Assembly: GCA_035250975.1 (NCBI GenBank)
Contig: DATFEP010000058.1
Span: forward strand, 13,723-77,722
From: Nitrososphaeraceae archaeon
GTDB taxonomy: Archaea; Thermoproteota; Nitrososphaeria; Nitrososphaerales; Nitrososphaeraceae
Direction: 5' to 3'
Length of the DNA stretch: 64,000 nt
Positions 22,292-34,098 of the stretch are shown here, piece by piece (the first letter of the stretch is position 1; every line of letters starts with the position of its first letter). Position numbers and translations under genes: made by a program. The notes below the pieces were generated by a model, which was given only the letters and a program-made list of their open reading frames with translations, made no database searches and was not told where the DNA came from.

Positions 22292-22825
22292 ATGAACAAA
22301 TGGGGGGAAAACCCAGTAGAATTACCTCATTCGTAAGCAAAACAAATAGTAGAACAGTTGAATGGAAATCTTACAACTTTTTATCTGATTTTTTTCAAAT
22401 AATAAGCATCTCTGGTTAGTTGAAGGGACTGACTGGAAGCATATACATCTGGCATTAGAATAATATTCAAATTCTATTTCCGCACAAGCAGACTCCAATT
22501 CTGAGAGAATCGTAGCCATTGGAGGCATACCGACATCAGATCCATCTAAATTTGAAGGGATTTCAAGAGTAAAATTTGAAGTAGAAGATAACATAAATTT
22601 AAGATCAATGCTAGACCATGATTTAGAAACAGAGGAAAAGGTCATTAGAGAAATCCGAGAAAAAATTAAGTTACTACTGAAAACCAAGACTATGCCACGG
22701 AGCATATCTTGAAAGCTATTTTTGTTAGACAAGAGGAGATAGCGCACGAATTAGATCGTTATCTGAAAAATGAAAGTTTCGAAGTAATTACGGAATGTAA
22801 ATGTCCTGAGTTTAATCCGTCATAA
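22292..22825 (+). pseudogene. dps: Dps/DpsA-type ferritin pseudogene
   Basis: Reads across two frameshifts and in-frame stops: MNKWGENPVELPHS*AKQIVEQLN / KHLWLVEGTDWKHIHLALE*YS...ADSNSERIVAIGGIP...LRSMLDHDLETE / DYATEHILKAIFVRQEEIAHELDRYL. Confidence 0.85.
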
Positions 22826-22963
22826 CAATAAGGGAGAACAAAGAGATAAAACGCCTTATTATGGGATTCATTTACTTCAGTTTATAATTATGTGGTGTAG
22901 ACACATATTTACACTACAATTAAGTACATAATCAGATTTATAGTTTATTGTACAAATAGAATT

Positions 22964-23437
22964 ATGAAAGAGAAAAGTTACTTATGTATAAAAGCGTCGA
23001 ACGTGAATACGATTAGCTATTCAATAGCAATTATAACATCTTTAGCTTTGACGAGCCCAATATTATTCCCTCTTGTTTTAGCACAGGAAACACAGATAGA
23101 CCTTACTGCCCCAGAAGCATCTACTCCTTATGGAGGAGAAAAAAGAGGAACCTTATTGATTTCTACACAAGATAATAATCTAAACTTGCAGGCCGAAATT
23201 GATGTAGCTGCATCCCAAGATAGAGTATATGAAGGATGGTTAGAAGATGCCAGTGGATCAGGGTACAAATTGAGCTTAGGTGAATTTGACAATAATGAAT
23301 TAAATTTTACTCAGAAAATGGTCAATCCATATACCTACTCCCAATTCGTGATAACCGAGGAACCAAATGACGATGTGGACCCACTTGGATCTGACGTAGC
23401 TGCAGGAGCAAAATTAGAAAGTCCTTTTGGACAATAA
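22964..23437 (+). CDS. Secreted protein with an RskA C-terminal-like beta domain
   Basis: Signal peptide; VYEGWL, YKLSLG and FVITEEPNDDVDP pattern. Confidence 0.7.
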   Translation: MKEKSYLCIKASNVNTISYSIAIITSLALTSPILFPLVLAQETQIDLTAPEASTPYGGEKRGTLLISTQDNNLNLQAEIDVAASQDRVYEGWLEDASGSGYKLSLGEFDNNELNFTQKMVNPYTYSQFVITEEPNDDVDPLGSDVAAGAKLESPFGQ

Positions 23438-24330
23438 AATTTTATTTTTTTTATAAATATTGCCCTTTGAGGCATAATGAATAATTAACAATATTATATA
23501 CATTTTTATTATATCGTATACCCAATTTTAAGGAATCCTTAAATATCTGACAATTTTCCTCTCAAATCTTGCTTGATTTAATTATACTAATTCTTGCATT
23601 GACTTCATTGTGGTTATATTATTACTTATTTATATGCTTATTTGGAGAGCTTTATCACATGTTATTGTATGTCATTTTTACAATAAAGATAGAAATTAAC
23701 GTATTAATGTCAACAATGATCCCAACAAAGAAGAATAGAAGTAGTTTTAGGTATCTTTTAAAAACAAATGTACTACCAAATGATTTTTACGATCGATAAT
23801 TAGATTCAATATAACGAAAAACTGTTTGCTATCATATGCCGATTAAAATAATTATTAATTCTGCGGTGAAGGTTCAAGATTAGAATAACAACCAGCCCAG
23901 GATACGAAAAAGTCAAAGAGAATTATATTTTAACTCATTATTTACCTATTATTGTGTGAATTAATTAAGTTGTTGATTTTAATTCAAAAGTGTAATTAAT
24001 TTTCCTTTTCTATTATTCTCGTAATCTTGTAGTTAAAACAATATGTCTCAACCACAAATCAAAACGTTCGAAAATTACAGAATATAATTATAACTCTTTT
24101 TACAATAAAAAATGAATCAAGTTAGTCAGACACACAGTTTCCAGTAGATCTAATGATTATATCAGCTAAAGATATTAGAATTATTTGGTATTAAAAATAA
24201 GAATGACGTATTATTAAATTACATGACTAAATTAAAAGATATAACAATTAGACAATTTAGATTTATTTTACATACTTTAGTATCAAAAAAATATAAAAAA
24301 TAAATGTTAGGAAGGATAATCTATTTTACT

Positions 24331-24618
24331 CTATTTTCCTAAATCTTTCATACCTTCGCCTATATCGGATAAGACTTCTCCTGTACCCTTAGCAAGTCCT
24401 TTAGCGGCTTCTCCAGTTTTATCTAATATTTCTGAACCAACTTCAGATGCATTCTCTCCCGCTTCTTCTGCCGTTTTATTAATTGATTGTGCGGTATCTT
24501 TAACAGTTTGATTTGTTTCTTCGGAAATTCCAAAAACTGGAATTACGACCGATCCTACTAAAGCTGACAGTACAAATGTGAGAGAGAGTAATATTCCGTT
24601 TTGAAGATGATTTGTCAA
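24331..24618 (-). CDS. Secreted LEA-like amphipathic helical protein
   Basis: Signal peptide, then A/G/E/K-rich repeats; similar to 50527..50817. Confidence 0.75.
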   Translation of the reverse strand: MTNHLQNGILLSLTFVLSALVGSVVIPVFGISEETNQTVKDTAQSINKTAEEAGENASEVGSEILDKTGEAAKGLAKGTGEVLSDIGEGMKDLGK

Positions 24619-24809
24619 TCTAATGGTGCCTCTTTTGTCTTTTCTTTTTCGTATTCAGTTTCTAAATCTCTATCATGATCTTGTATTTTTTTACCTACCG
24701 CCTTTAATCCAGCCTTTATTTTATCTCCTGCACCTTCATCCGAATCGCTATAATCAGTTTCGCTATCTGTATCTACTTTATACTCTGTTTCTTTTTTTAT
24801 TTCTACCAT
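24615..24809 (-). CDS. Small hydrophilic charged protein
   Basis: GAGDKIKAGLKAVGKKIQDHDRDLETEYEKEK; 4-nt overlap with the downstream gene; TATA-like box upstream. Confidence 0.75.
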   Translation of the reverse strand: MVEIKKETEYKVDTDSETDYSDSDEGAGDKIKAGLKAVGKKIQDHDRDLETEYEKEKTKEAPLD

Positions 24810-24953
24810 TATATTATACTACACATTAAACTATATTAACATCATCCTTCTTTTTTAAAAAATGACTTAATATTGAGATTTATTCATATAATCCTAAAAT
24901 GCCTAAATTTGGTCAACAAAATATATTAGCATGATCATTTATTATATTGTTAA

Positions 24954-25124
24954 ATGGTTTCTTTAGAAAGTGGTATTGCTCTAATAATAGTGGGAATTAT
25001 TGTATTATTTCTAAACCGACTGCTACCTTCACTCCCCGCTCGTATCATGTATGTGATAGGTTCGATCCTTCTTGTCATTGGAATAATACTAGTTATCGTC
25101 TATTTAGTATATGCGGTAGTATAG
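24954..25124 (+). CDS. 56-aa two-TM membrane protein; not in the ORF track
   Basis: MVSLESGIALIIVGIIVLFLNRLLPSLPARIMYVIGSILLVIGIILVIVYLVYAVV*. Confidence 0.75.
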   Translation: MVSLESGIALIIVGIIVLFLNRLLPSLPARIMYVIGSILLVIGIILVIVYLVYAVV

Positions 25125-25506
25125 GAGCTTCTATAATTTTTTTTATTTCGTGCCCCGATTTTCCTATCTTACAATATAATAGTTACCTAGATAATTTGCC
25201 ACTATTGTTTTATAATGGATTTTCATTTATCTTAATATTTTTTAATTTATAACTATCTCGTCAAAAATAAGGATAGAAAATCGGAAGGTTACAAAAATAA
25301 TTTGTCAAAATCACGAAGTTTTAACTGTTATTACAAGTATAGTCAATTGAAATTAGAATTGAAAATATCGAACATACATTTCTATTTATCTCAAATCTGT
25401 CCATTTTAACATTTAAATTCTGCTTGAAGTTATTGGTTTAACAAAGACAGCTATGTTATTTGCCTTTACTTTTAACATTCCTTATACTTTTTGTATCTTA
25501 AAATGA

Positions 25507-26010
25507 TTATTTATTCATAATAAAGCTTATCTGTCCATTAATCTCTAGATAAGATAATCGTACATCGGATAGGTCATCCGTACCGTGCAATCGCATGTGC
25601 GATTCGAACTCATTCTTCGCAATTTTAGCTTTTTCTAATGAACCTTCTAGAAACTTTCCATTCTTAACCAACAAAATAGGTTCAGGCGTGATCATTTTAT
25701 TGAATATCTTGCTTTTCGTAGTTAAGTAATCATAAAGCTTAAACATTCCTATAACAATTAGAACTGCGGTAAAAGCGTGTGGTATTGATATCTCTGAAAT
25801 CATTGGATCTCCTATTGCAGAACCAAGTCCCAACAGTATTATTAGTTCCGTAGTAGTAAGTTGACCTAATCCCTTGTTACCTAGAAGTTTTATCGCAAAT
25901 AAAATAAATATGGTTATAATTGCTGTCCTAAAAATTATTGATGAAATAATTACATTGTCCGTCTTAAATGCATCCGATATTATTCCTAATGAGAATAATT
26001 CTACCAACAT
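25507..26010 (-). CDS. DUF421 (YetF-like) membrane protein
   Basis: KLLGNKGLGQLT...LGSAIGDPM, PILLVKNG, YLEINGQIS. Confidence 0.88.
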   Translation of the reverse strand: MLVELFSLGIISDAFKTDNVIISSIIFRTAIITIFILFAIKLLGNKGLGQLTTTELIILLGLGSAIGDPMISEISIPHAFTAVLIVIGMFKLYDYLTTKSKIFNKMITPEPILLVKNGKFLEGSLEKAKIAKNEFESHMRLHGTDDLSDVRLSYLEINGQISFIMNK

Positions 26011-26685
26011 ATTTTTATTATAACTAAACCAGGCTCATATAGTTAATGTCTAATTGAATTATTAGAAGGAACTGATTGTTGAATAAATTCTTTCGAATAA
26101 GTTAAAAATAAATGAAAAATTAATATCAAGAGATAAACCTGATTAAAATATTATTTACTCCCATACGATAACTATTTGCTACTATATACTGCCAAAAATT
26201 AAACCAATTGTAAGATTCATCGAAGGAATTATCCGACTTGACTATGTGTCAACGCTGAAAAATTAGAAGATAAACAGAAAATATTACAATTTCGGTATTA
26301 AACAATTGTTGTTCTTGTAGTACATATTAAAATCAGTGTATAAAATTAGTATTACTTTTTATTACTTTGTTGGTAAAATCACAAGATTGGAGATGAATTT
26401 ATTAATACAAATACCTCTAAAAAGGTTTTGACTTCGAAGTCTTAAAGAACTATATTCCTTCCTAAATAAAAATTAGAAATTACTAGACATAAAACTCGCC
26501 TATAAATCCTTTTTAAAAATATTTTTTAATACAGACGTTATCGGCAAACATCTTGAATTGAAAAAATTAGACAATCCTTTGAGATGCAATAAATTAAGGG
26601 TATCAAACTAATAAACCAAAATATTTAGTATCGACATTGAGAAGTAACATTATTTAAATTATGATGTGATTATAATAAATAGCTG

Positions 26686-27249
26686 ATGACCTTAATTGGG
26701 GATTTTTATAGATGGTTTAGTAGCAAGATTTCTTCTCGTCCTACCAATTTTAGCTGGGTCATAAAAGATCAATTAGCGGGAAGTGGATTGCCACTAACAT
26801 TTAAGCAGTTTCAATGGATAGAAAGTGAAGGTATCCAAACTATTATAACATTAAGAGAGATTTCATTGCCCCCGAAATGGTTTGACACTTTAGAAAATTT
26901 AAACAACAATAACAAGTTAGACCGTATAAAAAATTCTCAAGAAAATAAAATGAATTATTTACATCTATACGTAGAAGATTATAAAGTACCATCAATTCAA
27001 AAGATGGATTCCACCGTTGAATTTATTGAAAATGAAATCAAAGTGAAGAGACCCGTAATGGTTCATTGTGCAGCAGGTAGGGGAAGGACGGGTACAATAC
27101 TGGCAGCTTATCTATTAAAAAAAGAAAAACTGTCGCCGGAACAAGCAATCAAAAAGATCAGAGAAATTAGACCTGGCTCAATCCAAACAAAAATACAAGA
27201 AAAATCTATATACGAATACTCAAGTTATATAAATTCGCCAAAAAACTAA
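26686..27249 (+). CDS. Dual-specificity protein phosphatase
   Basis: Catalytic HCAAGRGRTG (CX5R); NFSWV; IRPGSIQT. Confidence 0.93.
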   Translation: MTLIGDFYRWFSSKISSRPTNFSWVIKDQLAGSGLPLTFKQFQWIESEGIQTIITLREISLPPKWFDTLENLNNNNKLDRIKNSQENKMNYLHLYVEDYKVPSIQKMDSTVEFIENEIKVKRPVMVHCAAGRGRTGTILAAYLLKKEKLSPEQAIKKIREIRPGSIQTKIQEKSIYEYSSYINSPKN

Positions 27250-27349
27250 GACATTGGTGGATCACTTTGATTATTGCATATCATTATTATTCTGCTTGTA
27301 GTATATACAAATATATGATTATTAATTAATATCTTAGATACATATTAAA

Positions 27350-27739
27350 ATGAATTTTGATCAACTAGATGAATGCATTTATTCAGTAAAGCAGGCAAGA
27401 AATGCTAGCAAAGAGGGGAAATTAAAAAAACTAGAAGGAAAAATTATAGATTTTATATTAAGTGAAAATTTCATTTTTCCTGTGGAAAAAAAAGTTCTAA
27501 TAAATGACAATAGTGCTTCTTTTGTATACAAAGGTAATAAAACATTCACGAACACGTTTGAATTTCTGAGTGAACTGCTTGAATTAGAAATTCCTTTTCA
27601 TTTGAATGGCTGTAAATTTGGTCCGTCAGAAATCATAGTTGCGGCGACCAATGAAGAAAATGCAAAGAGCAAATTAGAAGAAAATACTCATCTCCTCCAA
27701 AACATGGTTAAATCAAAAATAATGAAAGGAAAAAAATGA
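27350..27739 (+). CDS. Hypothetical protein
   Basis: 129-aa ATG ORF with protein-like composition. Confidence 0.7.
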   Translation: MNFDQLDECIYSVKQARNASKEGKLKKLEGKIIDFILSENFIFPVEKKVLINDNSASFVYKGNKTFTNTFEFLSELLELEIPFHLNGCKFGPSEIIVAATNEENAKSKLEENTHLLQNMVKSKIMKGKK

Positions 27740-27892
27740 AATGGCTAATATACAATATGATAAGCAATATAAAATAGGACAAAAATTGGCAAAAAGACAG
27801 TAGGGATAAAAATGAAATTTTTCAAGATTAACGAGCTCAAAAGTATTATAAGCGACTAGATGAATAATTGTTGAAAGTGGTTATTTGGTTAT

Positions 27893-28861
27893 TTGAAGAA
27901 TTTGGAAATTAGTAGAATAATTATTATAAATCCTAGTTCTCAGAGTGGACGTACTGGAAAAAATAAGGAGATCCTTTTTAATGCTCTAACGGAATCATTT
28001 AAAAATTCCAAAATAATTTTCACAAAGAAACCAGGTGATGGTAAAAAATTGGCCAGGCAGTACTTGAACAAAGGATACAAAGAGATTCTTGCTGTTGGAG
28101 GTGATGGAACCATAAACGAGGTAGGTAACGGGTTTTTTGAAATTATTAATGGAGACAAACCAGATCTGATAAAAAATATAAATCCTAAGGCAATATTTTC
28201 TATACTGCCTGCTGGAACGAGAAATGTCTTTGCAAATTCACTTGGTCTGCCACAAGAGTTTGAACAATGTGTTGATTCATTAAGTAAATTAAAACCAAAA
28301 AAAATTGATGTCATCACAGCTATTGTTACTAACCCCATTTCAAAAAAACCTACAAGACCTCGAATTTGTTTTAATGCCGTAGAGATCGGGGCGGCAGCTG
28401 AAATAATACAAAGATCAAAGAAAATCAGAAGTAAAATAAACAGCAGATTAATATCGACTATAACAGGTATTATTTCAACCGTACCGACTTATACAAGCAA
28501 TATGTTCGAGATCACAATTGACGATAAAATAACTATAAATCAAAATGTTACAATTTGTATTATTGCAAATGGAAAATATTTAGGGGGACAAATTAAAGTC
28601 GCACCTCAGTCAAGTATTTCAGATGGTTATTTAGATGTAATACTTCTTTTAGATTCTGGAAGTTTGATGATGTTAGACGGGATCGTCCGGATGAAAAGTG
28701 GCAATTATTTTGAAAAAGATAACATTCTGTATTTTAAAGCCAAGAAAATCCATATAAAATCTAAAGAAAGAAGTGTAAGCATTAGTGTTGATGGTGAACC
28801 AATAGGAATTCTTCCAGCGACTTTTCAAATTTTGCACAAGAAATTATTAATGAAGTTTTAG
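27893..28861 (+). CDS. Diacylglycerol/lipid kinase family (YegS/DAGK)
   Basis: INPSS, GGDGTINEV, LPAGTRNVFA, NGKYLGG, VDGEP. Confidence 0.93.
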   Translation: MKNLEISRIIIINPSSQSGRTGKNKEILFNALTESFKNSKIIFTKKPGDGKKLARQYLNKGYKEILAVGGDGTINEVGNGFFEIINGDKPDLIKNINPKAIFSILPAGTRNVFANSLGLPQEFEQCVDSLSKLKPKKIDVITAIVTNPISKKPTRPRICFNAVEIGAAAEIIQRSKKIRSKINSRLISTITGIISTVPTYTSNMFEITIDDKITINQNVTICIIANGKYLGGQIKVAPQSSISDGYLDVILLLDSGSLMMLDGIVRMKSGNYFEKDNILYFKAKKIHIKSKERSVSISVDGEPIGILPATFQILHKKLLMKF

Positions 28862-29006
28862 TAGCTAAGAATTTGTAATTACAGAATATGTATAATTATA
28901 GTATGTCAGTTATTATTTAGATTATGTATATGTGAAATTCTAATATGAAGTATATATTACATTTGCAATGAATAAATATTGTCACATAAGCTTATCCTTT
29001 TATCTT

Positions 29007-29285
29007 TTAATTTTCTAGAACAGATTTAATATGAAACTTTATTCCGCAAAATGGACAGTATGAAATTGGAAGTTCGTACAATTCTAAATTATTCTCTCCA
29101 GCATATCCTAAAGTATCGATAAGGTATATTTTTAAGTCTTTTACATCATAATTGGAAACACCGATCAGATTTTTTTTTAAAGCCTGTTTAAACAAAGGGC
29201 AGCATGTTGTTAATAATTTTTTTTCTCTTAATAAATCTCCATCATATTTGATAAGAATTAACATTTCAATTGTATTGGTTTCCAA
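29007..29285 (-). CDS. Small Cys-containing (Zn-ribbon-like) protein
   Basis: TCC and ISYCPFCG motifs. Confidence 0.65.
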   Translation of the reverse strand: METNTIEMLILIKYDGDLLREKKLLTTCCPLFKQALKKNLIGVSNYDVKDLKIYLIDTLGYAGENNLELYELPISYCPFCGIKFHIKSVLEN

Positions 29286-29634
29286 ATTCTCTGACTAAAT
29301 TATATACAACATCTATATTAGGTCTTTCTGTATATATTGATTCCAATTAAGTAGAAACCACTATTCGAAATTAGGCTTCTTGGAAATTCCTGTGGATATG
29401 AATCTAATAGTTATTCAAATACCGCGATGCGTCAGCTAATTTAGTTTGTGTATTTTTTTCTTCATTTTTTTAACATCATATCAAGAGAAATATAGATAAT
29501 AGCATCAGCTATCACATTAGATCCTTACAAACACTAAATCTAGGTGAACTCATATTTTTTTGTCAAGATTATATTTTTATATTGATGAAAGTAGACAATA
29601 AAATAATTAAATGCTAGATATTACTAATCAATTA

Positions 29635-30996
29635 TCAATTTGTTCTTATTTCACCAAGCTTAACACCAAGAATGCGAAAAATATCGAAAATAACAAGACG
29701 TAATGATGAAATACCTGTCCTAAAAGGATAAGCACCATATCCTACATGTGTTAATGGATTCACCCATTCAAAAAGAAGATTATCATTATTTGAATTACTT
29801 AAAAAAAGTTTTGATATCATTTTTTCGCATTCGTCTATTTGATTAAATCTGATCCTTGTCATCAGTTCAATACCAGTAATCCATGGCCAAAACGTGTGAT
29901 TGTGATAATTATAGGGCTTGTGAATATAGGGGCCAGTTTTTAACAAAGGCTTCTCCGTTATAGTGGGAATTCGATTCCAAATTTTTCTTTTTACTGAGTG
30001 AAGCATCTTATTGCATTTTAATAGATTTTCTTTACTGATGGTACACCATTTATTAAATTCAGTAGCATCAAAGTTATACAATAAATTGGATTTGCTCAAA
30101 AAATTATCATTAACCAGTGCAAATGGATAAAGAAGGGAATCTTGAGTCACCATATTTTCAACATAATAAGTTTCATTATCACGAATTTTATCTACGTAAC
30201 ATTCTTGTTTATCAGACCAAAGTTGTTTCTCAATTGATGCAATAGAATTTTGTGCTATTCTGTCTAATTTTTTCGCATCTTCAAACTTCCCTAAGCAGTT
30301 TAGGAGGAGTACAAAACTTTTCAAAGCTAATATCCAACAAGCTTGACTATATACAATTTTTCCATCCCTTAAAGCAGTATCCATCCAATCTTCATTTGGA
30401 TTTTGTTCCAGTATGCCATCATTATCAATATCTTTTGTCGCGAGATAGTCTATTGCCTTAAATATCTTAGGGATCAGTTCAACCGTCAATTGAGAAAATT
30501 CTGTCTTTAGATAACTTTCATGGTTCACAGGCTTTATATCAAAACTATAATCATTTTTGATGGAATTGATATGTTTATAAATGAGTGCAAGAATCCATGA
30601 AGAGGTATATATCATTAGTGCGGTAGAATCTATATCAGGTTCAGTAGCATAAATTTCTGAAAATGAAGAATATATAGTAGTTGGTAAGGCGCCATAATAC
30701 TTTTTGATTGAATCGGGGTCACATCTGATAGGAGTGAAATTATTGGTAGGAGATCCTCGGCCATAAATCAATCTAGAAGTATTATAATCGATTTGGTTTG
30801 ACCAAATATACCTTAGTTCTTCAATTGTTTGGGAAATATATCCGGAAATAAATTGATCTTTTAAAATATATGAGGCATCTCGCATCCATGTTGCAGTATA
30901 GTATCCTCCTGGTTCAGAACTTTTGCTAATATATTGAGTAGTATTTGTCACAAACATATCTAATGTTTCCACATGTTTCAAGAGTCCAATTGCCAT
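29635..30996 (-). CDS. Six-hairpin glycoside hydrolase (amylo-alpha-1,6-glucosidase-like)
   Basis: WMRDASY, DIDST, DIDNDGILEQ, EDWMD, YHNHTFWPW. Confidence 0.82.
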   Translation of the reverse strand: MAIGLLKHVETLDMFVTNTTQYISKSSEPGGYYTATWMRDASYILKDQFISGYISQTIEELRYIWSNQIDYNTSRLIYGRGSPTNNFTPIRCDPDSIKKYYGALPTTIYSSFSEIYATEPDIDSTALMIYTSSWILALIYKHINSIKNDYSFDIKPVNHESYLKTEFSQLTVELIPKIFKAIDYLATKDIDNDGILEQNPNEDWMDTALRDGKIVYSQACWILALKSFVLLLNCLGKFEDAKKLDRIAQNSIASIEKQLWSDKQECYVDKIRDNETYYVENMVTQDSLLYPFALVNDNFLSKSNLLYNFDATEFNKWCTISKENLLKCNKMLHSVKRKIWNRIPTITEKPLLKTGPYIHKPYNYHNHTFWPWITGIELMTRIRFNQIDECEKMISKLFLSNSNNDNLLFEWVNPLTHVGYGAYPFRTGISSLRLVIFDIFRILGVKLGEIRTN

Positions 30997-31674
30997 CAGG
31001 AATGATCGCCAATCAGATGGATTTCGATTTATAAATGCTTTTGGTAGAATAATACTATAAGTTGGATATTTTCAATTAAAATAGATCATTTATAAAATCA
31101 AATTAACAATCGTTGTTAAGGTATCTAAATTGAGAAGTCTGAAACTACCTCAATCAATGAATATTTGTAATAATAAAGTAAAATTATCGACATTATTCGA
31201 AAGTATACAATTTGAAATTGATAATTAGATACAATCAATGAAATAATCGCGGGACTGAATAGATATGGTCTTGATTTATCAATGACCCGAAAATATCATT
31301 GTTTTAATAAGATAACAAACAATCGTGACTCAAAAAGGAAAATTTCAATTCCCAATATATCATCTAATTTATTCCACAATACAATTTTTGAATAGAGATT
31401 ACAATTCACAAGATTTTAATAAAATTAGACAAAATAATATAAAATTAATATAGATATTTAAAATTGAAAGAGGTTACTGAAGTAGTTATTATTCTGAAAT
31501 ATATTAAAAGTATCGACTTCGACATAAGTAATCGCGTTACCTATTATAATAATAATTTAGTTTGTACGAAATTGCATGTAAATTTAACTAGTGACTATCG
31601 ATAAGCAATAATGAATGTTATGTTACTGCCTATAAATTTATTAATTAGATTCAAAGCTCGTTGTTAATGCAGGT

Positions 31675-32964
31675 TCATTTCTTGTAATCGTTTTGTAATT
31701 TGCTATTTTTAGTATCAACCGGCAACGTTGGATAGACATAGACTTCTCCTAATATTCGTTCTATTATATCCCTAACATTTCTCTTAAAATTCTTTTTGGA
31801 AAATATTTCTACGGATCTACTTATATCTACTCTTACTTTATGAGGTACATCCATATTCTTGGCAATTATAGATGCGGCTTCCGTTTCATTTCTATAGCGT
31901 AAATGTGGAGGAACGAATTCAGTATTTCCTCCAATAAATGGTACAATAGGGATCAATCCACTGCTCATTCCTTCAACTATCGATATTCCAAAAGGCTCCA
32001 ATTTTGTTGGATGTAGCAAGAATTTACAATTATTCATTATACTTATTAGATCCGTAAGGTGAGTGTTCTTAAATAGTTTAACTTTTTTATCTAATCCCAT
32101 AACGTATTTGGCTTTTTCCAAACTTAGATAATAATCATAATTGTCTTCTGATAGGTTTCCTACAATTACCATTTCAAAATCGACTTTCATGTCCTTTAAA
32201 ATATTTGCAATTTTAAGGGCACTTTCTATCTCTTTATCTGGACTATACCTAGCTATAACAATTATTCTGTTTTCTCTATCTTTGGAATAAGATGTATTTT
32301 CACGAAAATACTGAACATCTACAGGGGGATAAAGTACAGAGAATACTCTATCTCCATAAATATTTTCAATTGCTTTTTTGCTGAAGTAAGAATTTGTCAA
32401 TACAAGAGTATTTTTCATCATCTGATTAAAGTTGCTTAAAGCACAGGAAATAATTTTTTCGAACGGTAAATTTCCATATTCTTTTTTAACTTCTGGAAAA
32501 TAATGTCTTAGTATTTTTTTTAGATAATTAGAATAAGAATTATTTTTTACTAGCTGTGGAACCAATGGATAGTGACAGTATGTTATCATTTTTGTTTTTG
32601 ACCGATTATCCACATTTTCTGAACCGTACTTAAAATAAGGAAAAATATCTCCATGAGCGTTTATAATTAGATCGTATTCATTTTCGCTATTTTCATAATT
32701 TGACTTTTGTAACGGGAATTTTGGATTCCATTTTATAGATGATCCTAATATATCCTTCAAATTTACAACATTTATATCTCTTATCAATGGACTGTAGCTA
32801 TTTCCAAATGATTTCCTAATCCATTCCCAGTCAGGACATGTTATGGTCTCTAGGTCAATAATAAAACCCATTTCTTGTAATGCTTCAATCAAAGTAAAGG
32901 TGAAACGTTCGCTGCCTCCACCGGCATTTAAATCCTCATGGATTATTTTTGCGAATCTTTTCAT
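31675..32964 (-). CDS. GT4 glycosyltransferase (ALG11-like)
   Basis: LNAGGGSER, YCHYP, LTNSYFS, LYPPV, EPFGISIVEGMSSG. Confidence 0.92.
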   Translation of the reverse strand: MKRFAKIIHEDLNAGGGSERFTFTLIEALQEMGFIIDLETITCPDWEWIRKSFGNSYSPLIRDINVVNLKDILGSSIKWNPKFPLQKSNYENSENEYDLIINAHGDIFPYFKYGSENVDNRSKTKMITYCHYPLVPQLVKNNSYSNYLKKILRHYFPEVKKEYGNLPFEKIISCALSNFNQMMKNTLVLTNSYFSKKAIENIYGDRVFSVLYPPVDVQYFRENTSYSKDRENRIIVIARYSPDKEIESALKIANILKDMKVDFEMVIVGNLSEDNYDYYLSLEKAKYVMGLDKKVKLFKNTHLTDLISIMNNCKFLLHPTKLEPFGISIVEGMSSGLIPIVPFIGGNTEFVPPHLRYRNETEAASIIAKNMDVPHKVRVDISRSVEIFSKKNFKRNVRDIIERILGEVYVYPTLPVDTKNSKLQNDYKK

Positions 32965-33511
32965 ACTATTAAATATACTTCATCCTTTATTACCAGATTA
33001 TAAAGTAAGATTTGCTGGTTGCATTCTTTTTTCAATTTAAAATTTAATATCGTATCTATATTATTAATCATTTAACTGGTAATATTTTAGCATATATTTT
33101 CTTAACTTGGTACGTTCTTTTGATCTTCATTACACTTATATCTTTTAAAAGCAGATAAGATCTCTTGAGTTTTTATTTGTATAATAAATTGTAGTACCAT
33201 CTGTACTCCTTGATGTGAATAATCTTTAAAAATATTTATGAAAATATAGCTGACGACTTTGTCATGTAATTGATTTTCTATCTTAAATTTTTATTGTGTT
33301 CAACATCTACATAAGAGTTTTAGTTTATATGTAAAGTATGACTCCGAATTTACATCAAATAAGGAATCATACTACCTTTATTCAAAATTTTTTTTTTGTA
33401 ATTATCTGATTACTAGTTACTAAAGATCGATATGACATTAATTATTTATCCTTATTGAAGCTTGTATAGAAAACAGTTAATTAATTTGATGATGATATTA
33501 TAAATATAGAG

Positions 33512-33652
33512 ATGAAAGCAGTAAAAACATATTATGAATGTAAAATGTGCGAGAATTTCTTCGATTGTCTTGGAGATTTGCAAAGACATCTCTTGTTAAA
33601 TCATCTTTTAAAAATAGACTGTAAGAAAAAACTGTTTAATAAATTTTTTTAA
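33512..33652 (+). CDS. 46-aa C2H2 zinc-finger protein; not in the ORF track
   Basis: YECKMCENFFDCLGDLQRHLLLNH = C-x2-C-x12-H-x4-H. Confidence 0.7.
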   Translation: MKAVKTYYECKMCENFFDCLGDLQRHLLLNHLLKIDCKKKLFNKFF

Positions 33653-33705
33653 TAATTAAATTATTTGGCTATAATTAATTTATAGTTTAACATACATATA
33701 TAATT

Positions 33706-34098
33706 ATGAAAAAAATTGCAAATTTAGGCATATCTTTCCTTATCTTGATGTTAGGGATTGCAACTGTTGGAATAAATACAGTAATAGCTCAGGCACAAAA
33801 CGGAACTAACGCAGATTCTAGTCCATACATTACAGGCGAACCAGGAATAGGCAGCGTAGAGGAGTTGAATAAGGTGTTGGGAAATAACACTGAAATGTTG
33901 ACTAACGGGTCCAGTCTTAAAAATGACAATACATCTATTTTCCAGCAATTAGGTCAAGAAACTAATGAATCAGCTGTAAGTAGCAATCAATCAGCTGTAA
34001 GTAGCAATCAATCAGGCAATGGAGAAGGAAACAACGTAAATCAAACTGATAATCCAATTTCAAAAATAGGGGAAGCAATAGGTGGTCTATTTAAATAA
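33706..34098 (+). CDS. Secreted Asn/Ser-rich protein
   Basis: Signal peptide; many sequons; C-terminal amphipathic PISKIGEAIGGLFK. Confidence 0.8.
   Translation: MKKIANLGISFLILMLGIATVGINTVIAQAQNGTNADSSPYITGEPGIGSVEELNKVLGNNTEMLTNGSSLKNDNTSIFQQLGQETNESAVSSNQSAVSSNQSGNGEGNNVNQTDNPISKIGEAIGGLFK
33969..34015 (+). repeat. In-frame 21-bp tandem duplication (SAVSSNQ x2)
   Basis: atcagctgtaagtagcaatca occurs twice in tandem. Confidence 0.85.

Noticed and set aside
22322-22747. 141-aa minus-strand ORF
   Set aside because: It is the antisense of the Dps pseudogene.
24947-25252. 101-aa Cys-rich ORF from the track
   Set aside because: It is a shadow frame of the more plausible two-TM ORF at 24954..25124.
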